Shown piece after piece: positions 44,058-57,525 of a stretch of DNA of 64,000 bases (positions are counted from its first letter, which is position 1; each line of letters starts with the position of its first letter). The stretch lies in assembly GCF_003991155.1 (NCBI RefSeq), contig NZ_CP031293.1, one strand, 5' to 3'. Source of the stretch: Escherichia coli. GTDB lineage: Bacteria > Pseudomonadota > Gammaproteobacteria > Enterobacterales > Enterobacteriaceae. The notes beneath the pieces are model-generated. The model did not search any database. It was not told the origin of the DNA and saw nothing but the letters and a program-made list of their open reading frames with translations. The translations under genes were made by a program, and so were the position numbers.

Positions 44058-45698
44058 TTACGCGTTTTTCAGAACTTCGCTAACAATCTCAACCGCTTCT
44101 TTCTCGATCTGCTTGCGATGTTCTTCACCGAGGAAGCTTTCGCAGTAGATCTTATATGCGTCTTCCGTGCCTGACGGACGCGCGGCGAACCAGCCGTTGT
44201 CAGTCATCACTTTCAGACCGCCAATAGAAGCACCGTTGCCAGGCGCAGCGGTCAGGCGCGCGGTGATCGGGTCACCTGCCAGGGTGCTGGCGCTCACCAT
44301 TTCCGGAGACAGCTTAGACAGCGCCGCTTTTTGTGCGGAAGTCGCAGCTGCCTGCAAACGGTTGTAGCTCGGCGCACCAAAGCGTTTTGCCAGTTCGTTG
44401 TAGTGTTCCTGCGGGTTCTTACCGGTGACAGCGGTGATTTCCGCCGCCAGCAGACACATAATGATGCCGTCTTTGTCGGTGGACCACGGCGTGCCGTCGA
44501 AACGCAGGAAGGAAGCCCCTGCGCTCTCTTCGCCGCCAAAGCCGAAGCTGCCGTCGAACAGGCCATCAACAAACCATTTGAAGCCTACCGGCACTTCCAC
44601 CAGCCTGCGGCCCAAATCATTGACCACACGGTCGATCATCGCAGAAGAAACCAGCGTTTTACCAACGGCAACATCTTTGCCCCACTGCGGACGATGCTGG
44701 AACAGGTAATTGATCGCCACCGCCAGGTAGTGGTTCGGATTCATCAAACCTGCCGGAGTGACGATACCGTGACGGTCATAATCCGGGTCGTTAGCAAACG
44801 CCAGATCGAACTTATCACGCAGTGCCAGCAGACCCGCCATCGCACACTCGGAGGAGCAGTCCATACGGATCGCGCCGTCTTTATCGAGGTGCATAAAGCG
44901 GAAGGTTTGATCGACCTGATCGTTAACGATGGTCAGGTTAAGGTTGTAATACTCGCCAATACGCTTCCAGTATTCGATACCGGAACCGCCCAGCGGATCA
45001 ACGCCCAGCGTCAGGCCCGCTTTCTGAATCGCCGCCATATCAACGATATCGGCCAGACCTTCCACAAACGGCTGCACCAGATCCTGCTCTTTCACATGAC
45101 CGGATGCCATCGCTTCGTCGAGGGAGATACGCTTCACGCCTTTCAGGCCATCGGCCAGCAGTGCGTTGGCACGATCTTCCACCACTTTAGTGACGTTGGT
45201 ATCAGCCGGGCCACCATTTGGCGGATTGTACTTGATACCACCATCTTCCGGCGGGTTATGGGACGGTGTAATCACGATACCGTCTGCCAGTGGGCCACCT
45301 TTTTTATTGTGAACCAGGATGGCATTGGAAACGGCAGGCGTCGGAGTGAAGCCATTGTTTTCCTGCACAATAACATCAACGCCGTTCGCTGCCAGCACTT
45401 CCAGAACGGAAATGAACGCAGGTTCGGACAGGGCGTGAGTATCTTTACCCACATAGCAAGGGCCAGTGATGCCGTTTTTCGCACGTTCTTCAGCAATTGC
45501 CTGAGCGATCGCCAGAATATGCGGCTCGTTAAAGCTGTGGCGCGCTGCACTGCCACGGTGACCGGAAGTACCGAATTTCACCGCGTGCTCCGCATTCCCT
45601 GCTTCTGGTTTCAGTACATAATATTGCGCCGTCAGTTGGGCGACGTTAATCAAATCACTCTGTTGTGCAGGTTGGCCTGCACGGTTGTGGATAGCCAT
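44058..45698 (-). CDS. pgm: Phosphoglucomutase
   Basis: 546 aa from [22 protein letters not shown]...; active-site TSGHRGS motif. Confidence 0.93.
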   Translation of the reverse strand: MAIHNRAGQPAQQSDLINVAQLTAQYYVLKPEAGNAEHAVKFGTSGHRGSAARHSFNEPHILAIAQAIAEERAKNGITGPCYVGKDTHALSEPAFISVLEVLAANGVDVIVQENNGFTPTPAVSNAILVHNKKGGPLADGIVITPSHNPPEDGGIKYNPPNGGPADTNVTKVVEDRANALLADGLKGVKRISLDEAMASGHVKEQDLVQPFVEGLADIVDMAAIQKAGLTLGVDPLGGSGIEYWKRIGEYYNLNLTIVNDQVDQTFRFMHLDKDGAIRMDCSSECAMAGLLALRDKFDLAFANDPDYDRHGIVTPAGLMNPNHYLAVAINYLFQHRPQWGKDVAVGKTLVSSAMIDRVVNDLGRRLVEVPVGFKWFVDGLFDGSFGFGGEESAGASFLRFDGTPWSTDKDGIIMCLLAAEITAVTGKNPQEHYNELAKRFGAPSYNRLQAAATSAQKAALSKLSPEMVSASTLAGDPITARLTAAPGNGASIGGLKVMTDNGWFAARPSGTEDAYKIYCESFLGEEHRKQIEKEAVEIVSEVLKNA

Positions 45699-45723
45699 TG
45701 CTTTGTCCTTTGTCTGCAACGTT

Positions 45724-46269
45724 TTAGATAGTTCCGCAAACCTTCTCAATCAATTCCGCCGGGAATTGCATCGACTGCATGATGTGTTCGATCATGCTGC
45801 ATTTACGGCCGGTGTTGGTGTTGGTGATCACCCAATACGGCGTACCAGGCACATGTTTCGGCTTGGTCTGATTACCATTTTTCAGCAGCGTTTGTTCATC
45901 TGCCGCAAAGTACACGCGTGTACGACCGTGCAACGATTCCGTTGCTTCGGCAAACGCCTGGGCGTCAAGAGAATATAGTGTAGACAACAGCAGCATAAAG
46001 CGATTGACCGCTCGCTTTTGCTCTGCGTATTCATCCGAAAGCAGAAGTTCACGCATTGCGCGAACCTTGTCTTTAATCGTTTTGACCGGCTTCGCTTCGA
46101 CGATAGCAGGTGACGCAACGCGAACCTCTTTCGTCACCGGAGCAGCAGGCTGTGATGCGGCGGAAAATTTCAACATACGCCGTAAAATGTCGGATGCGCT
46201 CTCGCCGATATGCTTAGTGTGGCTGGCAATATAGCTGTAGAGTTCATCATCAACTTCAATCGTTTTCAT
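45724..46269 (-). CDS. seqA: Replication-origin sequestration protein SeqA
   Basis: 181 aa from [35 protein letters not shown]... Confidence 0.9.
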
Positions 46270-46453
46270 CTTAATCCAGTGCAGTGTCTTAGCTGAATAC
46301 AAGTCGCCAGGAGTATATGAATAAATCCCGGCAGCGGATAGCGTCAAGCCTGGCTTGCAGAAAAACTCGGAATAAACCTTATTTGTTGCAGCCCTGTGGC
46401 ACAATGGTCAACATAATACCCTAACCCGACAACGCGAAAAAAAGAACTTTGCC

Positions 46454-47218
46454 ATGAAATTGAATATCCGCGCGCAAACTGCACAAAACCAGCACAATAA
46501 TTCTCCCATCGTTCTTGTCCATGGTCTGTTTGGCAGCCTCGACAACCTTGGCGTACTGGCTCGCGATCTGGTAAACGATCACAATATCATCCAGGTTGAT
46601 ATGCGTAACCACGGTCTTTCACCGAGAGATCCGGTAATGAATTACCCGGCGATGGCGCAGGATCTTGTTGATACCCTGGATGCACAGCAGATCGACAAAG
46701 CAACATTTATCGGTCACTCAATGGGCGGTAAAGCGGTAATGGCTCTTACTGCACTAGCCCCCGATCGCATTGACAAGCTGGTGGCGATTGATATTGCGCC
46801 GGTCGACTATCACGTACGCCGTCATGATGAGATTTTCGCGGCCATCAACGCAGTCAGTGAATCAGACGCACAAACACGCCAGCAAGCAGCGGCAATAATG
46901 CGCCAGCATCTTAATGAAGAAGGGGTGATTCAGTTTCTGTTGAAATCTTTTGTTGACGGGGAGTGGCGCTTTAACGTGCCAGTATTGTGGGATCAGTATC
47001 CGCATATTGTGGGTTGGGAGAAAATCCCGGCATGGGATCATCCTACCCTGTTTATCCCTGGCGGCAATTCTCCGTATGTTAGCGAGCAGTACCGTGATGA
47101 TTTACTGGCACAATTTCCACAGGCTCGGGCGCATGTGATTGCAGGCGCGGGTCACTGGGTCCATGCTGAAAAACCGGATGCGGTATTACGCGCTATCCGT
47201 CGCTATCTCAATGATTAA
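46454..47218 (+). CDS. ybfF: Alpha/beta-hydrolase esterase
   Basis: 254 aa; HGLFGS and GHSMGG motifs. Confidence 0.9.
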   Translation: MKLNIRAQTAQNQHNNSPIVLVHGLFGSLDNLGVLARDLVNDHNIIQVDMRNHGLSPRDPVMNYPAMAQDLVDTLDAQQIDKATFIGHSMGGKAVMALTALAPDRIDKLVAIDIAPVDYHVRRHDEIFAAINAVSESDAQTRQQAAAIMRQHLNEEGVIQFLLKSFVDGEWRFNVPVLWDQYPHIVGWEKIPAWDHPTLFIPGGNSPYVSEQYRDDLLAQFPQARAHVIAGAGHWVHAEKPDAVLRAIRRYLND

Positions 47219-47357
47219 CGCAACTGATTAAAAACCCAGCGTCCGCGTCGCTTTCCGCGCGTGGACGTTGGCGTGACTCCTCACGCTGATGTATTATGGC
47301 GCGCTATCCATCCGGGCAGAGGCCTGGCTGATTGTTTCCCCCGAAGTCACCAAGATC

Positions 47358-47651
47358 ATGGCCAAAGAACAAACGGACCGTACGACATTAGATCTGTTCG
47401 CGCACGAGCGTCGACCGGGACGACCGAAAACTAATCCGCTTTCGCGCGATGAACAGCTGCGTATTAATAAACGTAACCAACTAAAACGCGACAAAGTACG
47501 TGGCCTTAAGCGTGTCGAACTGAAGCTGAACGCGGAAGCTGTCGAGGCACTGAACGAGCTGGCGGAGTCGCGCAATATGAGCCGTAGCGAACTGATCGAA
47601 GAGATGTTAATGCAGCAACTGGCGGCGCTGCGTAGTCAGGGCATCGTTTAA
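47358..47651 (+). CDS. ybfE: Small DNA-binding protein YbfE
   Basis: 97 aa from [27 protein letters not shown]...; internal start chosen. Confidence 0.75.
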   Translation: MAKEQTDRTTLDLFAHERRPGRPKTNPLSRDEQLRINKRNQLKRDKVRGLKRVELKLNAEAVEALNELAESRNMSRSELIEEMLMQQLAALRSQGIV

Positions 47652-47790
47652 ATTTCCACTTTCATGTAGCACAGTGTGCAGTCCTGCTCGTTTGCTGATT
47701 CCGCAAGACTGCCTGTTCTGCTATGATTGCCTTTATCCGTGGGCAATTTTCCACCCCCATTTCAATAAGTTTCAAGAGGTTATTTCACTC

Positions 47791-48321
47791 ATGGCTATCA
47801 CTGGCATCTTTTTCGGCAGCGACACCGGTAATACCGAAAATATCGCAAAAATGATTCAAAAACAGCTTGGTAAAGACGTTGCCGATGTCCATGACATTGC
47901 AAAAAGCAGCAAAGAAGATCTGGAAGCTTATGACATTCTGCTGCTGGGCATCCCAACCTGGTATTACGGCGAAGCGCAGTGTGACTGGGATGACTTCTTC
48001 CCGACTCTCGAAGAGATTGATTTTAATGGTAAACTGGTTGCGCTGTTTGGTTGTGGCGACCAGGAAGATTACGCAGAATACTTCTGCGATGCATTGGGCA
48101 CCATCCGCGACATCATTGAACCGCGCGGCGCAACTATCGTTGGTCACTGGCCAACTGCGGGCTACCACTTCGAAGCGTCAAAAGGTCTGGCTGATGATGA
48201 CCACTTTGTCGGTCTGGCTATCGACGAAGATCGTCAGCCGGAACTGACCGCTGAACGTGTAGAAAAATGGGTTAAACAAATTTCTGAAGAGCTGCATCTC
48301 GACGAAATTCTCAATGCCTGA
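47791..48321 (+). CDS. fldA: Flavodoxin 1
   Basis: 176 aa from [27 protein letters not shown]... Confidence 0.93.
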
Positions 48322-48360
48322 TGTGATGCGGCGTAGACTCATGTCTACGCCGTATTAATA

Positions 48361-48379
48361 GATAATGCCAATCAAAATA
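48361..48379 (+). promoter_or_regulatory. Fur-box-like sequence in the fur promoter region
   Basis: GATAATGCCAATCAAAATA matches about 14 of 19 positions of GATAATGATAATCATTATC by eye; a second similar site TATAATGATACGCATTATC is at 48527-48545. Confidence 0.35.
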
Positions 48380-48530
48380 ATTGCTACAAATTTGTAACTT
48401 TTGCTGTTGTACCTGTACAATGTCCCGGTGTTCAAGTGGCCTTGCCGTTGTAAATGTAAGCTGTGCCACGTTTTTATTAACAATATTTGCCAGGGACTTG
48501 TGGTTTTCATTTAGGCGTGGCAATTCTATA

Positions 48531-48617
48531 ATGATACGCATTATCTCAAGAGCAAATTCTGTCACTTCTTCTAATGAAGTGAACCGCTTAGTAACAGGAC
48601 AGATTCCGCATGACTGA
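48531..48617 (+). CDS. uof: uof leader ORF upstream of fur (28 aa)
   Basis: MIRIISRANSVTSSNEVNRLVTGQIPHD-stop; stop overlaps the fur start, consistent with translational coupling. Confidence 0.7.
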   Translation: MIRIISRANSVTSSNEVNRLVTGQIPHD

Positions 48618-49056
48618 TAACAATACCGCCCTAAAGAAAGCTGGCCTGAAAGTAACGCTTCCTCGTTTAAAAATCCTGGAAGTTCTTCAGGAGCCGGACA
48701 ACCATCACGTCAGTGCGGAAGATTTATACAAACGTCTGATCGATATGGGTGAAGAAATTGGTCTGGCTACGGTATATCGCGTACTGAACCAGTTTGACGA
48801 CGCTGGTATCGTCACCCGCCACAATTTTGAAGGCGGTAAATCCGTATTTGAACTGACACAGCAACATCACCACGATCACCTGATCTGCCTCGACTGCGGC
48901 AAGGTAATCGAATTTAGTGATGATTCCATCGAAGCGCGTCAGCGTGAAATTGCCGCAAAACATGGCATTCGCCTGACTAACCACAGTCTCTATCTTTACG
49001 GTCACTGTGCCGAAGGCGATTGCCGCGAAGATGAGCACGCGCACGAAGGCAAATAA
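48610..49056 (+). CDS. fur: Ferric uptake regulator
   Basis: 148 aa MTDNNTALKKAGLKVTLPRLKILEVLQEPDNHHVSAEDLYKRLIDMGEEIGLATVYRVLNQF... Confidence 0.97.
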   Translation: MTDNNTALKKAGLKVTLPRLKILEVLQEPDNHHVSAEDLYKRLIDMGEEIGLATVYRVLNQFDDAGIVTRHNFEGGKSVFELTQQHHHDHLICLDCGKVIEFSDDSIEARQREIAAKHGIRLTNHSLYLYGHCAEGDCREDEHAHEGK

Positions 49057-49071
49057 GCCAGCCTGAACGAG

Positions 49072-49100
49072 AAAAGCCAACCTGCGGGTTGGCTTTTTTA
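49072..49100 (+). terminator. fur intrinsic terminator
   Basis: Stem AAGCCAACC/GGTTGGCTT followed by TTTTTT. Confidence 0.7.
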
Positions 49101-49139
49101 TGCAAGGGAAATAAGAAAAGCGAGAGTTACAGCTCTCAC

Positions 49140-49466
49140 TTATTTGTTATTACTGCGAATTTCCTGCCAGACCTTATCACAATCGGCTTTCACCGCCTGA
49201 TCATTTCCGGTTTGCGTTGCGCGCAGACACTGCTGATAATCCAGTACGCGGACACTTTCCTGGTCGGCAAACTGCTGATGTTGTTTCTCTTTCTTCAGCA
49301 CGTTTAACACGCTCTGGCAGGCTTCAATTTTTTCTGGCGAACCTTGTGCGGTGTTGATACAGGCGCTGTATGCCTCTTTCAGACGACTGTCTTCCTGTGG
49401 CGCGGTTGATTGCACACAAGCTACCAGCCCCGATGCCATTATGGCGATGAGAATCAGTTTTTTCAT
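49140..49466 (-). CDS. chiQ: Lipoprotein ChiQ
   Basis: 108 aa; signal peptide with lipobox LVAC. Confidence 0.85.
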   Translation of the reverse strand: MKKLILIAIMASGLVACVQSTAPQEDSRLKEAYSACINTAQGSPEKIEACQSVLNVLKKEKQHQQFADQESVRVLDYQQCLRATQTGNDQAVKADCDKVWQEIRSNNK

Positions 49467-49515
49467 AGCAAATTCCTCAAACGTGCGGCAGGCACAAAAC
49501 CTGCCGCGTCGGGCA

Positions 49516-50922
49516 TCAGAAGATGGTGAATGGTGCGATTACCATAAATTTCACGTCACGCTCATCCTGGAAGATGTTGCCGTAACCACCGCCCCAGCTT
49601 GGGATGTCGGAGTGGTTGTCGTATTCGGTGAAGTGCAGTTTGAACATCGTGCCTTTGGCGCGACCGTCCTGAATGGTGTACACCGCATCCAGGCTGTAGG
49701 CAGACTCTTCAATAGTCCGGTTTTTATCGTAGTACGCATCCGGATTGCTCTGCCAGGTCGCAGGTTTAGCATCCCATGCGTAAACGTAGGAAGCGCCGAT
49801 GGCGAAGCCTGGAAGATTCCAGTTTTTCAGGTCATACATCGCACCGAAGAAGATCGCTTTTTCGCCGTTGGCGTTGAAGTCGGAACGGTTATCCCACCAG
49901 ATATCCAGGCGACCGTTCGAGGAAGCGTAGGTTGGAGTCATACGTTGCAGGAAGTATCCCTGCTGACCGTCAGCCTTAACCCAGGTACCTTCGAGGCGCA
50001 AATCCACTACGTCAGCCGCCCGGTAACCAAAGGTCAACGCCTGCAGCCAGGCGGTGCCGTCATAAAGATCGTTGACGCTGCGATCGTCAACTTTATCGCG
50101 CGTACCATAGAACTGGTAGCTGGTGGTTAACGGGCTACCGGCGATATCAAATTTGTAGCTGGCTTTGGCAAAATATTGATCGATATACCCTTCGGCCTGA
50201 CCAAACGCCGCTTCCAGTACGAAGTTATTTTTGAAGTCGTACTTCGCCCCAAGGGAGTGTAGATAATCAACTTTGGTGGTTTTATCGTTCTGATAAAACT
50301 CATCCATTTCCAGATGCCACGGTGCTTTGTATTCGTTGGTCCACATGTAGGAGAAACTCAACGCACCAGCATCGCCATAATCAAAATTCGCCCCGGCTTC
50401 CGCCCCCTGATAAGTACCCGGCATAAAGCTCCAGTGCGGCGCTAACAGCGTTTGACCAGTTGGCTGAATGTAACCTGCCCTCGCCCAAACCGGACCGTAT
50501 TTAAATTTAGCCGCCGCTTTATACAGACTTATACCGCTTTTATCGCCGGACCAGTCTTCGTCATAGGCTTTATTACTTTTTGAAAACGCGATTTCGTTCG
50601 GGTGAGAGCTGTCGCCGTTTTCTGCCATTTCAATCGCTGTAAACGCGGCAATATCCAGACCGAACATATCAGCGGCATAGCCAGACTGAAAATCGAGATT
50701 AGCGTTCCAGGTGGAGTGAGAAAGGTTGGTTTTATATTTGTCGCCGTCGGTAACATCTTTACGGTCGCGTTCACGCTGCCAGTAATAGATACCGCCGGTT
50801 AAGGTTGAATCGTCGATGAATCCTTCGGCGCGAGCCTCCGGAATTGCCATAAAGCCCGACATAGCTGTAACACCGGCGATAGCCAGCGCCAGCGTACTAC
50901 GTTTGCCACTAAACGCACGCAT
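49516..50922 (-). CDS. chiP: Chitoporin (OprD-family outer-membrane porin)
   Basis: 468 aa; signal peptide; C-terminal ...FTIF beta-barrel signature. Confidence 0.93.
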   Translation of the reverse strand: MRAFSGKRSTLALAIAGVTAMSGFMAIPEARAEGFIDDSTLTGGIYYWQRERDRKDVTDGDKYKTNLSHSTWNANLDFQSGYAADMFGLDIAAFTAIEMAENGDSSHPNEIAFSKSNKAYDEDWSGDKSGISLYKAAAKFKYGPVWARAGYIQPTGQTLLAPHWSFMPGTYQGAEAGANFDYGDAGALSFSYMWTNEYKAPWHLEMDEFYQNDKTTKVDYLHSLGAKYDFKNNFVLEAAFGQAEGYIDQYFAKASYKFDIAGSPLTTSYQFYGTRDKVDDRSVNDLYDGTAWLQALTFGYRAADVVDLRLEGTWVKADGQQGYFLQRMTPTYASSNGRLDIWWDNRSDFNANGEKAIFFGAMYDLKNWNLPGFAIGASYVYAWDAKPATWQSNPDAYYDKNRTIEESAYSLDAVYTIQDGRAKGTMFKLHFTEYDNHSDIPSWGGGYGNIFQDERDVKFMVIAPFTIF

Positions 50923-51361
50923 GGGTTAATCCTCTTTGACGTATAAATTGCTGCACCAAAGGTGAACAGCGAAAAAAATAAAAATTAAAAAGTAGCGTTG
51001 AGAAAAGTCTCGCTGACTACAGGAACAGACTATTTTTCGCGACGCGAATTATCAATCTCTTTCTGTAATCAGAATGTAAGAACATGAGCAACCGCACATA
51101 TTTTGATGATTTTTGTTACAAGGCTTAAGTTGTAGTTGAAAGGTGTGTTGAAGAAAAAATGCGTGAATTTCCAGCAAGATGAAAGCGGTTACATTTTATT
51201 TAATTATGATTTGTAATTTTAAATTTGTTTTATGAATAAATTACGAAGCGGAATTAATTCGCGAAGAAAAGCAGAAAAAAACGCCGCAGAGCGCGGCGTT
51301 TGGGATTGTTTGCATATTTCTTTCCGGATGCGGCGTAAACGCTCTATCCGACAACGTAAAC

Positions 51362-53026
51362 TTACTCGCCTACTTTCGCCCAGGTATCACGCAGCCCAAC
51401 GGTGCGGTTAAATACCGGTTTTTCCGCCGTAGAATGGCGGCTGTCGAGGCAGAAATAACCTTCACGCTCAAACTGGAATGCTTTACCCGCAACCGCATCT
51501 TTCAGCGACGGTTCAGCAAAGCCCTGTTTGATCACCAGCGATTCCGGGTTAATCACCGACAGGAAATCATCCGCAGCACCAGGGTTCGGCACGCTGAACA
51601 GACGGTCATACAAACGGATTTCAACCGGCAGCGCATGTGCCGCGCTCACCCAGTGAATAACACCTTTGACTTTACGACCATCTGCCGGATCTTTGCTTAA
51701 GGTGTCGGCGTCATAAGTACAGAAGATGGTGGTGATATTGCCTTCGGCATCTTTCTCGACGCGTTCTGCCTTAATGACGTAAGCATTACGCAGACGCACT
51801 TCTTTACCCAGCACCAGACGCTTGTACTGCTTGTTAGCTTCTTCGCGGAAATCGGCGCGATCGATCCAAATCTCACCGCTAAACGGCACCTGACGGCTCC
51901 CCATTTCCGGTTTGTTCGGATGGTTCGGCATGGTAACCATTTCGCCTTCGCCCTGATAGTTTTCGATAACCAGTTTCACCGGATCGATAACCGCCATTGC
52001 GCGCGGGGCGTTTTCGTTGAGATCTTCACGGATGCAGGATTCCAGCGACGCCATTTCAATGGTGTTGTCCTGCTTGGTCACGCCGATGCGTTTGCAGAAC
52101 TCACGAATAGAAGCCGCAGTGTAACCACGACGACGCAGACCGGAAATGGTCGGCATACGCGGGTCATCCCAGCCTTCAACGTGCTTGTCTGTCACCAGCA
52201 GGTTCAGCTTACGCTTGGACATCACAGTGTATTCCAGATTCAGGCGCGAGAATTCGTACTGGCGCGGGTGAACAGGAATGGTGATGTTGTCCAGCACCCA
52301 GTCGTACAGGCGACGGTTGTCCTGGAACTCAAGCGTACACAGAGAGTGCGTAATACCTTCCAGCGCATCGCTGATGCAGTGGGTGAAGTCGTACATCGGG
52401 TAGATGCACCACTTGTTGCCAGTCTGGTGGTGTTCAGCAAACTTAATGCGGTACAGCACCGGATCGCGCATCACGATAAACGGCGAAGCCATGTCGATTT
52501 TCGCACGCAGGCAGGCTTTACCTTCTTCAAAACCGCCGGTACGCATTTTCTCGAACAGCGCCAGGTTCTCTTCAACGCTGCGATCGCGGTACGGGCTGTT
52601 TTTACCCGGCTGCGTCAAGGTGCCGCGGTATTCGCGGATCTGTTCCGGCGTCAGTTCATCAACGTACGCCAGGCCTTTATTGATCAGTTCGATCGCATAG
52701 GCGTGGAGCTGATCAAAATAATCGGAGGAGTAACGGACGTTACCAGACCAGTGAAAACCTAACCACTCAACGTCGTTTTTGATCGACTCAACATACTCGA
52801 TATCTTCTTTTACCGGGTTAGTGTCGTCGAAACGCAGGTTGCACTGGCCTTTATAGTCCTGGGCGATCCCGAAGTTCAGGCAGATAGATTTCGCATGGCC
52901 AATATGCAGATAGCCATTCGGCTCCGGCGGGAAACGGGTGTGTACTGTGGTGTGCTTACCACTGGCCAGATCTTCATCGATGATCTGACGAATAAAGTTA
53001 GTCGGGCGGGCTTCTGCCTCACTCAT
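51362..53026 (-). CDS. glnS: Glutaminyl-tRNA synthetase
   Basis: 554 aa; HIGH motif ([14 protein letters not shown]) and VMSK (KMSKS-class) motif. Confidence 0.97.
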   Translation of the reverse strand: MSEAEARPTNFIRQIIDEDLASGKHTTVHTRFPPEPNGYLHIGHAKSICLNFGIAQDYKGQCNLRFDDTNPVKEDIEYVESIKNDVEWLGFHWSGNVRYSSDYFDQLHAYAIELINKGLAYVDELTPEQIREYRGTLTQPGKNSPYRDRSVEENLALFEKMRTGGFEEGKACLRAKIDMASPFIVMRDPVLYRIKFAEHHQTGNKWCIYPMYDFTHCISDALEGITHSLCTLEFQDNRRLYDWVLDNITIPVHPRQYEFSRLNLEYTVMSKRKLNLLVTDKHVEGWDDPRMPTISGLRRRGYTAASIREFCKRIGVTKQDNTIEMASLESCIREDLNENAPRAMAVIDPVKLVIENYQGEGEMVTMPNHPNKPEMGSRQVPFSGEIWIDRADFREEANKQYKRLVLGKEVRLRNAYVIKAERVEKDAEGNITTIFCTYDADTLSKDPADGRKVKGVIHWVSAAHALPVEIRLYDRLFSVPNPGAADDFLSVINPESLVIKQGFAEPSLKDAVAGKAFQFEREGYFCLDSRHSTAEKPVFNRTVGLRDTWAKVGE

Positions 53027-53228
53027 CGTGGATTCCTCAAAGCGTAAACAACGTATAACGGCGTATGATCTTATAAGCGGGACAGGCTGACAACTGTTAG
53101 TTAGTGAAAATCGAAAATCTCACTGAGATTATGGGGATGATTGATGAAAAAAAAAGCGGCAGAGAAGATCTCCACCGCTTGTCATTGTTGGATGCGACGC
53201 TCAAGCGTCGCATCAGGCATAAAGAAGA

Positions 53229-55175
53229 TTACTTTTTGATTTCATACAGCGGCGTTTGACCCGCCACGACATGGCCCTGAGCTTTAATGATCAAGCCGCT
53301 GAAATCGTCGATATTGCTGCAAACCACCGGGCTAATCATCGAGCGGGCGTTTTCGTTCAGATAATCCAGATCCATTTCCAGAATCGGTTGCCCTGCGCTT
53401 ACTTTCGCGCCCTCTTCCACCAGACGTTTAAAGCCTTTACCTTCCAGCGCTACGGTGTCGATACCCATATGGACGACAATCTCCGCGCCTTTTTCAGTTT
53501 CCAGGCAGAATGCATGGTTGGTGTTGAAGATTTTCACGATAGTCCCTGCGGCTGGTGATACGACGATTTTATCTGTCGGTTTCACCGCCACACCGTCACC
53601 CACCGCTTTGCTGGCGAATGCTTCGTCAGGAACCTGATCCAGTGCCACAACATCACCGGTAACCGGCGATACCAGCTCCGCGATAGATACTGCGTTTGGT
53701 ACAGCCTGCGGTTTTGCTACAGGCGCGGCAGTTGCAGGCGCAGTTTCAGCTGTCGCAGCGGCTACCGGACCACGGGCAACAACTTTCTTCATTGCATCGC
53801 CAATGGATTCCGCTTTCGCGCCAACAATCACCTGAATAGTCTGTTTGTTCAGTTTCACTACCCCAGAAGCCCCCAGACGTTTACACATCGCATCGTTGAC
53901 GCGAGCTGAGTCAACCACGGTCAGGCGCAGACGAGTAATACAGGCGTCAATGGCTTTCAGGTTGTCAGTACCGCCAACCGCAGCAATATAGTTGGTTGCC
54001 AGTTGATTGAGACCTTCTTCAGTATTGCTGTTAGCCTCTTCAGTAACGATCTCGTCTTCTTTATCTTCACGACCTGGCGTTTTCAGGTTGAACATGCGGA
54101 TAACCAAACTGAACACCACGAAGTAGATAGCGAAGAAGACAACCCCCATCACCAGCAGCATCCAGACGTTCTGGCTGGCGGCCGGCAGGTTATACATCAA
54201 CGCGTAGTCGATAGCCCCCGCAGAGAAAGAGAAGCCGGCATGGATACCCAGCAACGTTGCCACAAACAGGCTGATACCGGTCAGCAGTGCGTGCAGGAGG
54301 TACAGCAGCGGTGCAAGGAACATGAACAGGAATTCCAGCGGCTCAGTCACACCGGTCAGGAACGCAGTAACAGCAACAGAAAGCAGCATCCCGCCAACCA
54401 TCGGACGACGCTCTTTCGGTGCTGCAAAGTACATCGCCAGCGCCGCACCCGGCAGACCGAACATCATGATCGGGAAGAAGCCGGACATGAACATCCCCGC
54501 GGTGCCGTCACCGGCATAGAAGCGGTTGATATCACCGTGGAAAACTGTACCCGCCGCGTTGGTGAATTCACCAATCTGGAACCAGGCGATGGTGTTCAGC
54601 ACCTGATGCAGACCGGTTGGGATCAGCAGACGGTTGATGAAACCAAAGATACCGGAACCCAGCGCGCCCGCAGAAACGATCCACTCGCCGCCTGCATGGA
54701 TAGCGTGCTGTACCGGCGGCCAGACGTAACCAAAAATGGCCGCCAGCACCAGGCAGAAGAAGCCGGTGGCAATCGGCACAAAGCGTTTGCCGCCGAAGAA
54801 ACTCAGGAAGTCCGGCAGTTTAATATCGGACCAACGGTTATAGGCTGCGCCACCAACCAGACCAGTAATGATACCCGCCAGTACACCCATGTTAATTTCT
54901 GGGTTGATGGTAACCATCGCTTTGGTTAACACAAAGTAACCTACCGCACCCGCCAGTGCCGCCGCACCTGCGCTGTCTTTCGACCAGCTGGATGCCACGC
55001 CGATGGCGAAGATTAATGCGAGGTTATCAAAAATCGCACCGCCCGCCTGGGCAATAAACGCAACGTTAAGTAAATCTGGCTGACCGAATCGCAGCAACAG
55101 CGCCGCCACCGGCAGCACCGCGATAGGGAGCTGTAACGCCCTACCGAGTCGCTGGAAAAAACCTAAAATATTCAT
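53229..55175 (-). CDS. nagE: PTS N-acetylglucosamine-specific EIICBA
   Basis: 648-aa ORF. Confidence 0.97.
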   Translation of the reverse strand: MNILGFFQRLGRALQLPIAVLPVAALLLRFGQPDLLNVAFIAQAGGAIFDNLALIFAIGVASSWSKDSAGAAALAGAVGYFVLTKAMVTINPEINMGVLAGIITGLVGGAAYNRWSDIKLPDFLSFFGGKRFVPIATGFFCLVLAAIFGYVWPPVQHAIHAGGEWIVSAGALGSGIFGFINRLLIPTGLHQVLNTIAWFQIGEFTNAAGTVFHGDINRFYAGDGTAGMFMSGFFPIMMFGLPGAALAMYFAAPKERRPMVGGMLLSVAVTAFLTGVTEPLEFLFMFLAPLLYLLHALLTGISLFVATLLGIHAGFSFSAGAIDYALMYNLPAASQNVWMLLVMGVVFFAIYFVVFSLVIRMFNLKTPGREDKEDEIVTEEANSNTEEGLNQLATNYIAAVGGTDNLKAIDACITRLRLTVVDSARVNDAMCKRLGASGVVKLNKQTIQVIVGAKAESIGDAMKKVVARGPVAAATAETAPATAAPVAKPQAVPNAVSIAELVSPVTGDVVALDQVPDEAFASKAVGDGVAVKPTDKIVVSPAAGTIVKIFNTNHAFCLETEKGAEIVVHMGIDTVALEGKGFKRLVEEGAKVSAGQPILEMDLDYLNENARSMISPVVCSNIDDFSGLIIKAQGHVVAGQTPLYEIKK

Positions 55176-55295
55176 CTTATTCCCCCTACGAGAACCCTAT
55201 TTGGCTCGTTTAAAGCCGTATTTTTATTTTGCTGCAAATTGTACTGCCGATGTTCTGTAATCAGATTGTTAGATCATCTGCTACAGAGTGTGTGA

Positions 55296-55415
55296 AAATT
55301 TAATTCGTATCGCAAATTAAACGCGTGTCTTTTGTGAGTTTTGTCACCAAATATCGTTATCATCACTCCCTTTTACTGGCTAAACCAGAAAACTTATTTT
55401 ATCATTCAAAAAATC
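55296..55415. promoter_or_regulatory. nagE-nagB divergent control region: two NagC operator-like sites and a CRP site
   Basis: AATTTAATTCGTATCGCAAATTAA (55296-55322), TGTGAgttttgTCACC (55333-55348), CTTATTTTATCATTCAAAAAATC (55393-55415), recognised from the known nag regulon architecture. Confidence 0.55.
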
Positions 55416-55508
55416 AGGTCGGATTGACGCCTGTCTGCGCAAATCCAGGTTACGCTTAAAGATGCCTAATCCGCCAACGGCTTACTTTTTACTTACTTGA
55501 GGTGAATA

Positions 55509-57517
<2,009 letters not shown>

Positions 57518-57525
57518 GAGAAAGT

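Noticed and set aside
44331-45731. 466-aa plus-strand ORF
   Set aside because: Antisense to pgm; no independent support.
47221-47357. LexA box upstream of ybfE
   Set aside because: I could not find a convincing CTGT-N8-ACAG match by eye in this interval, so none is annotated.
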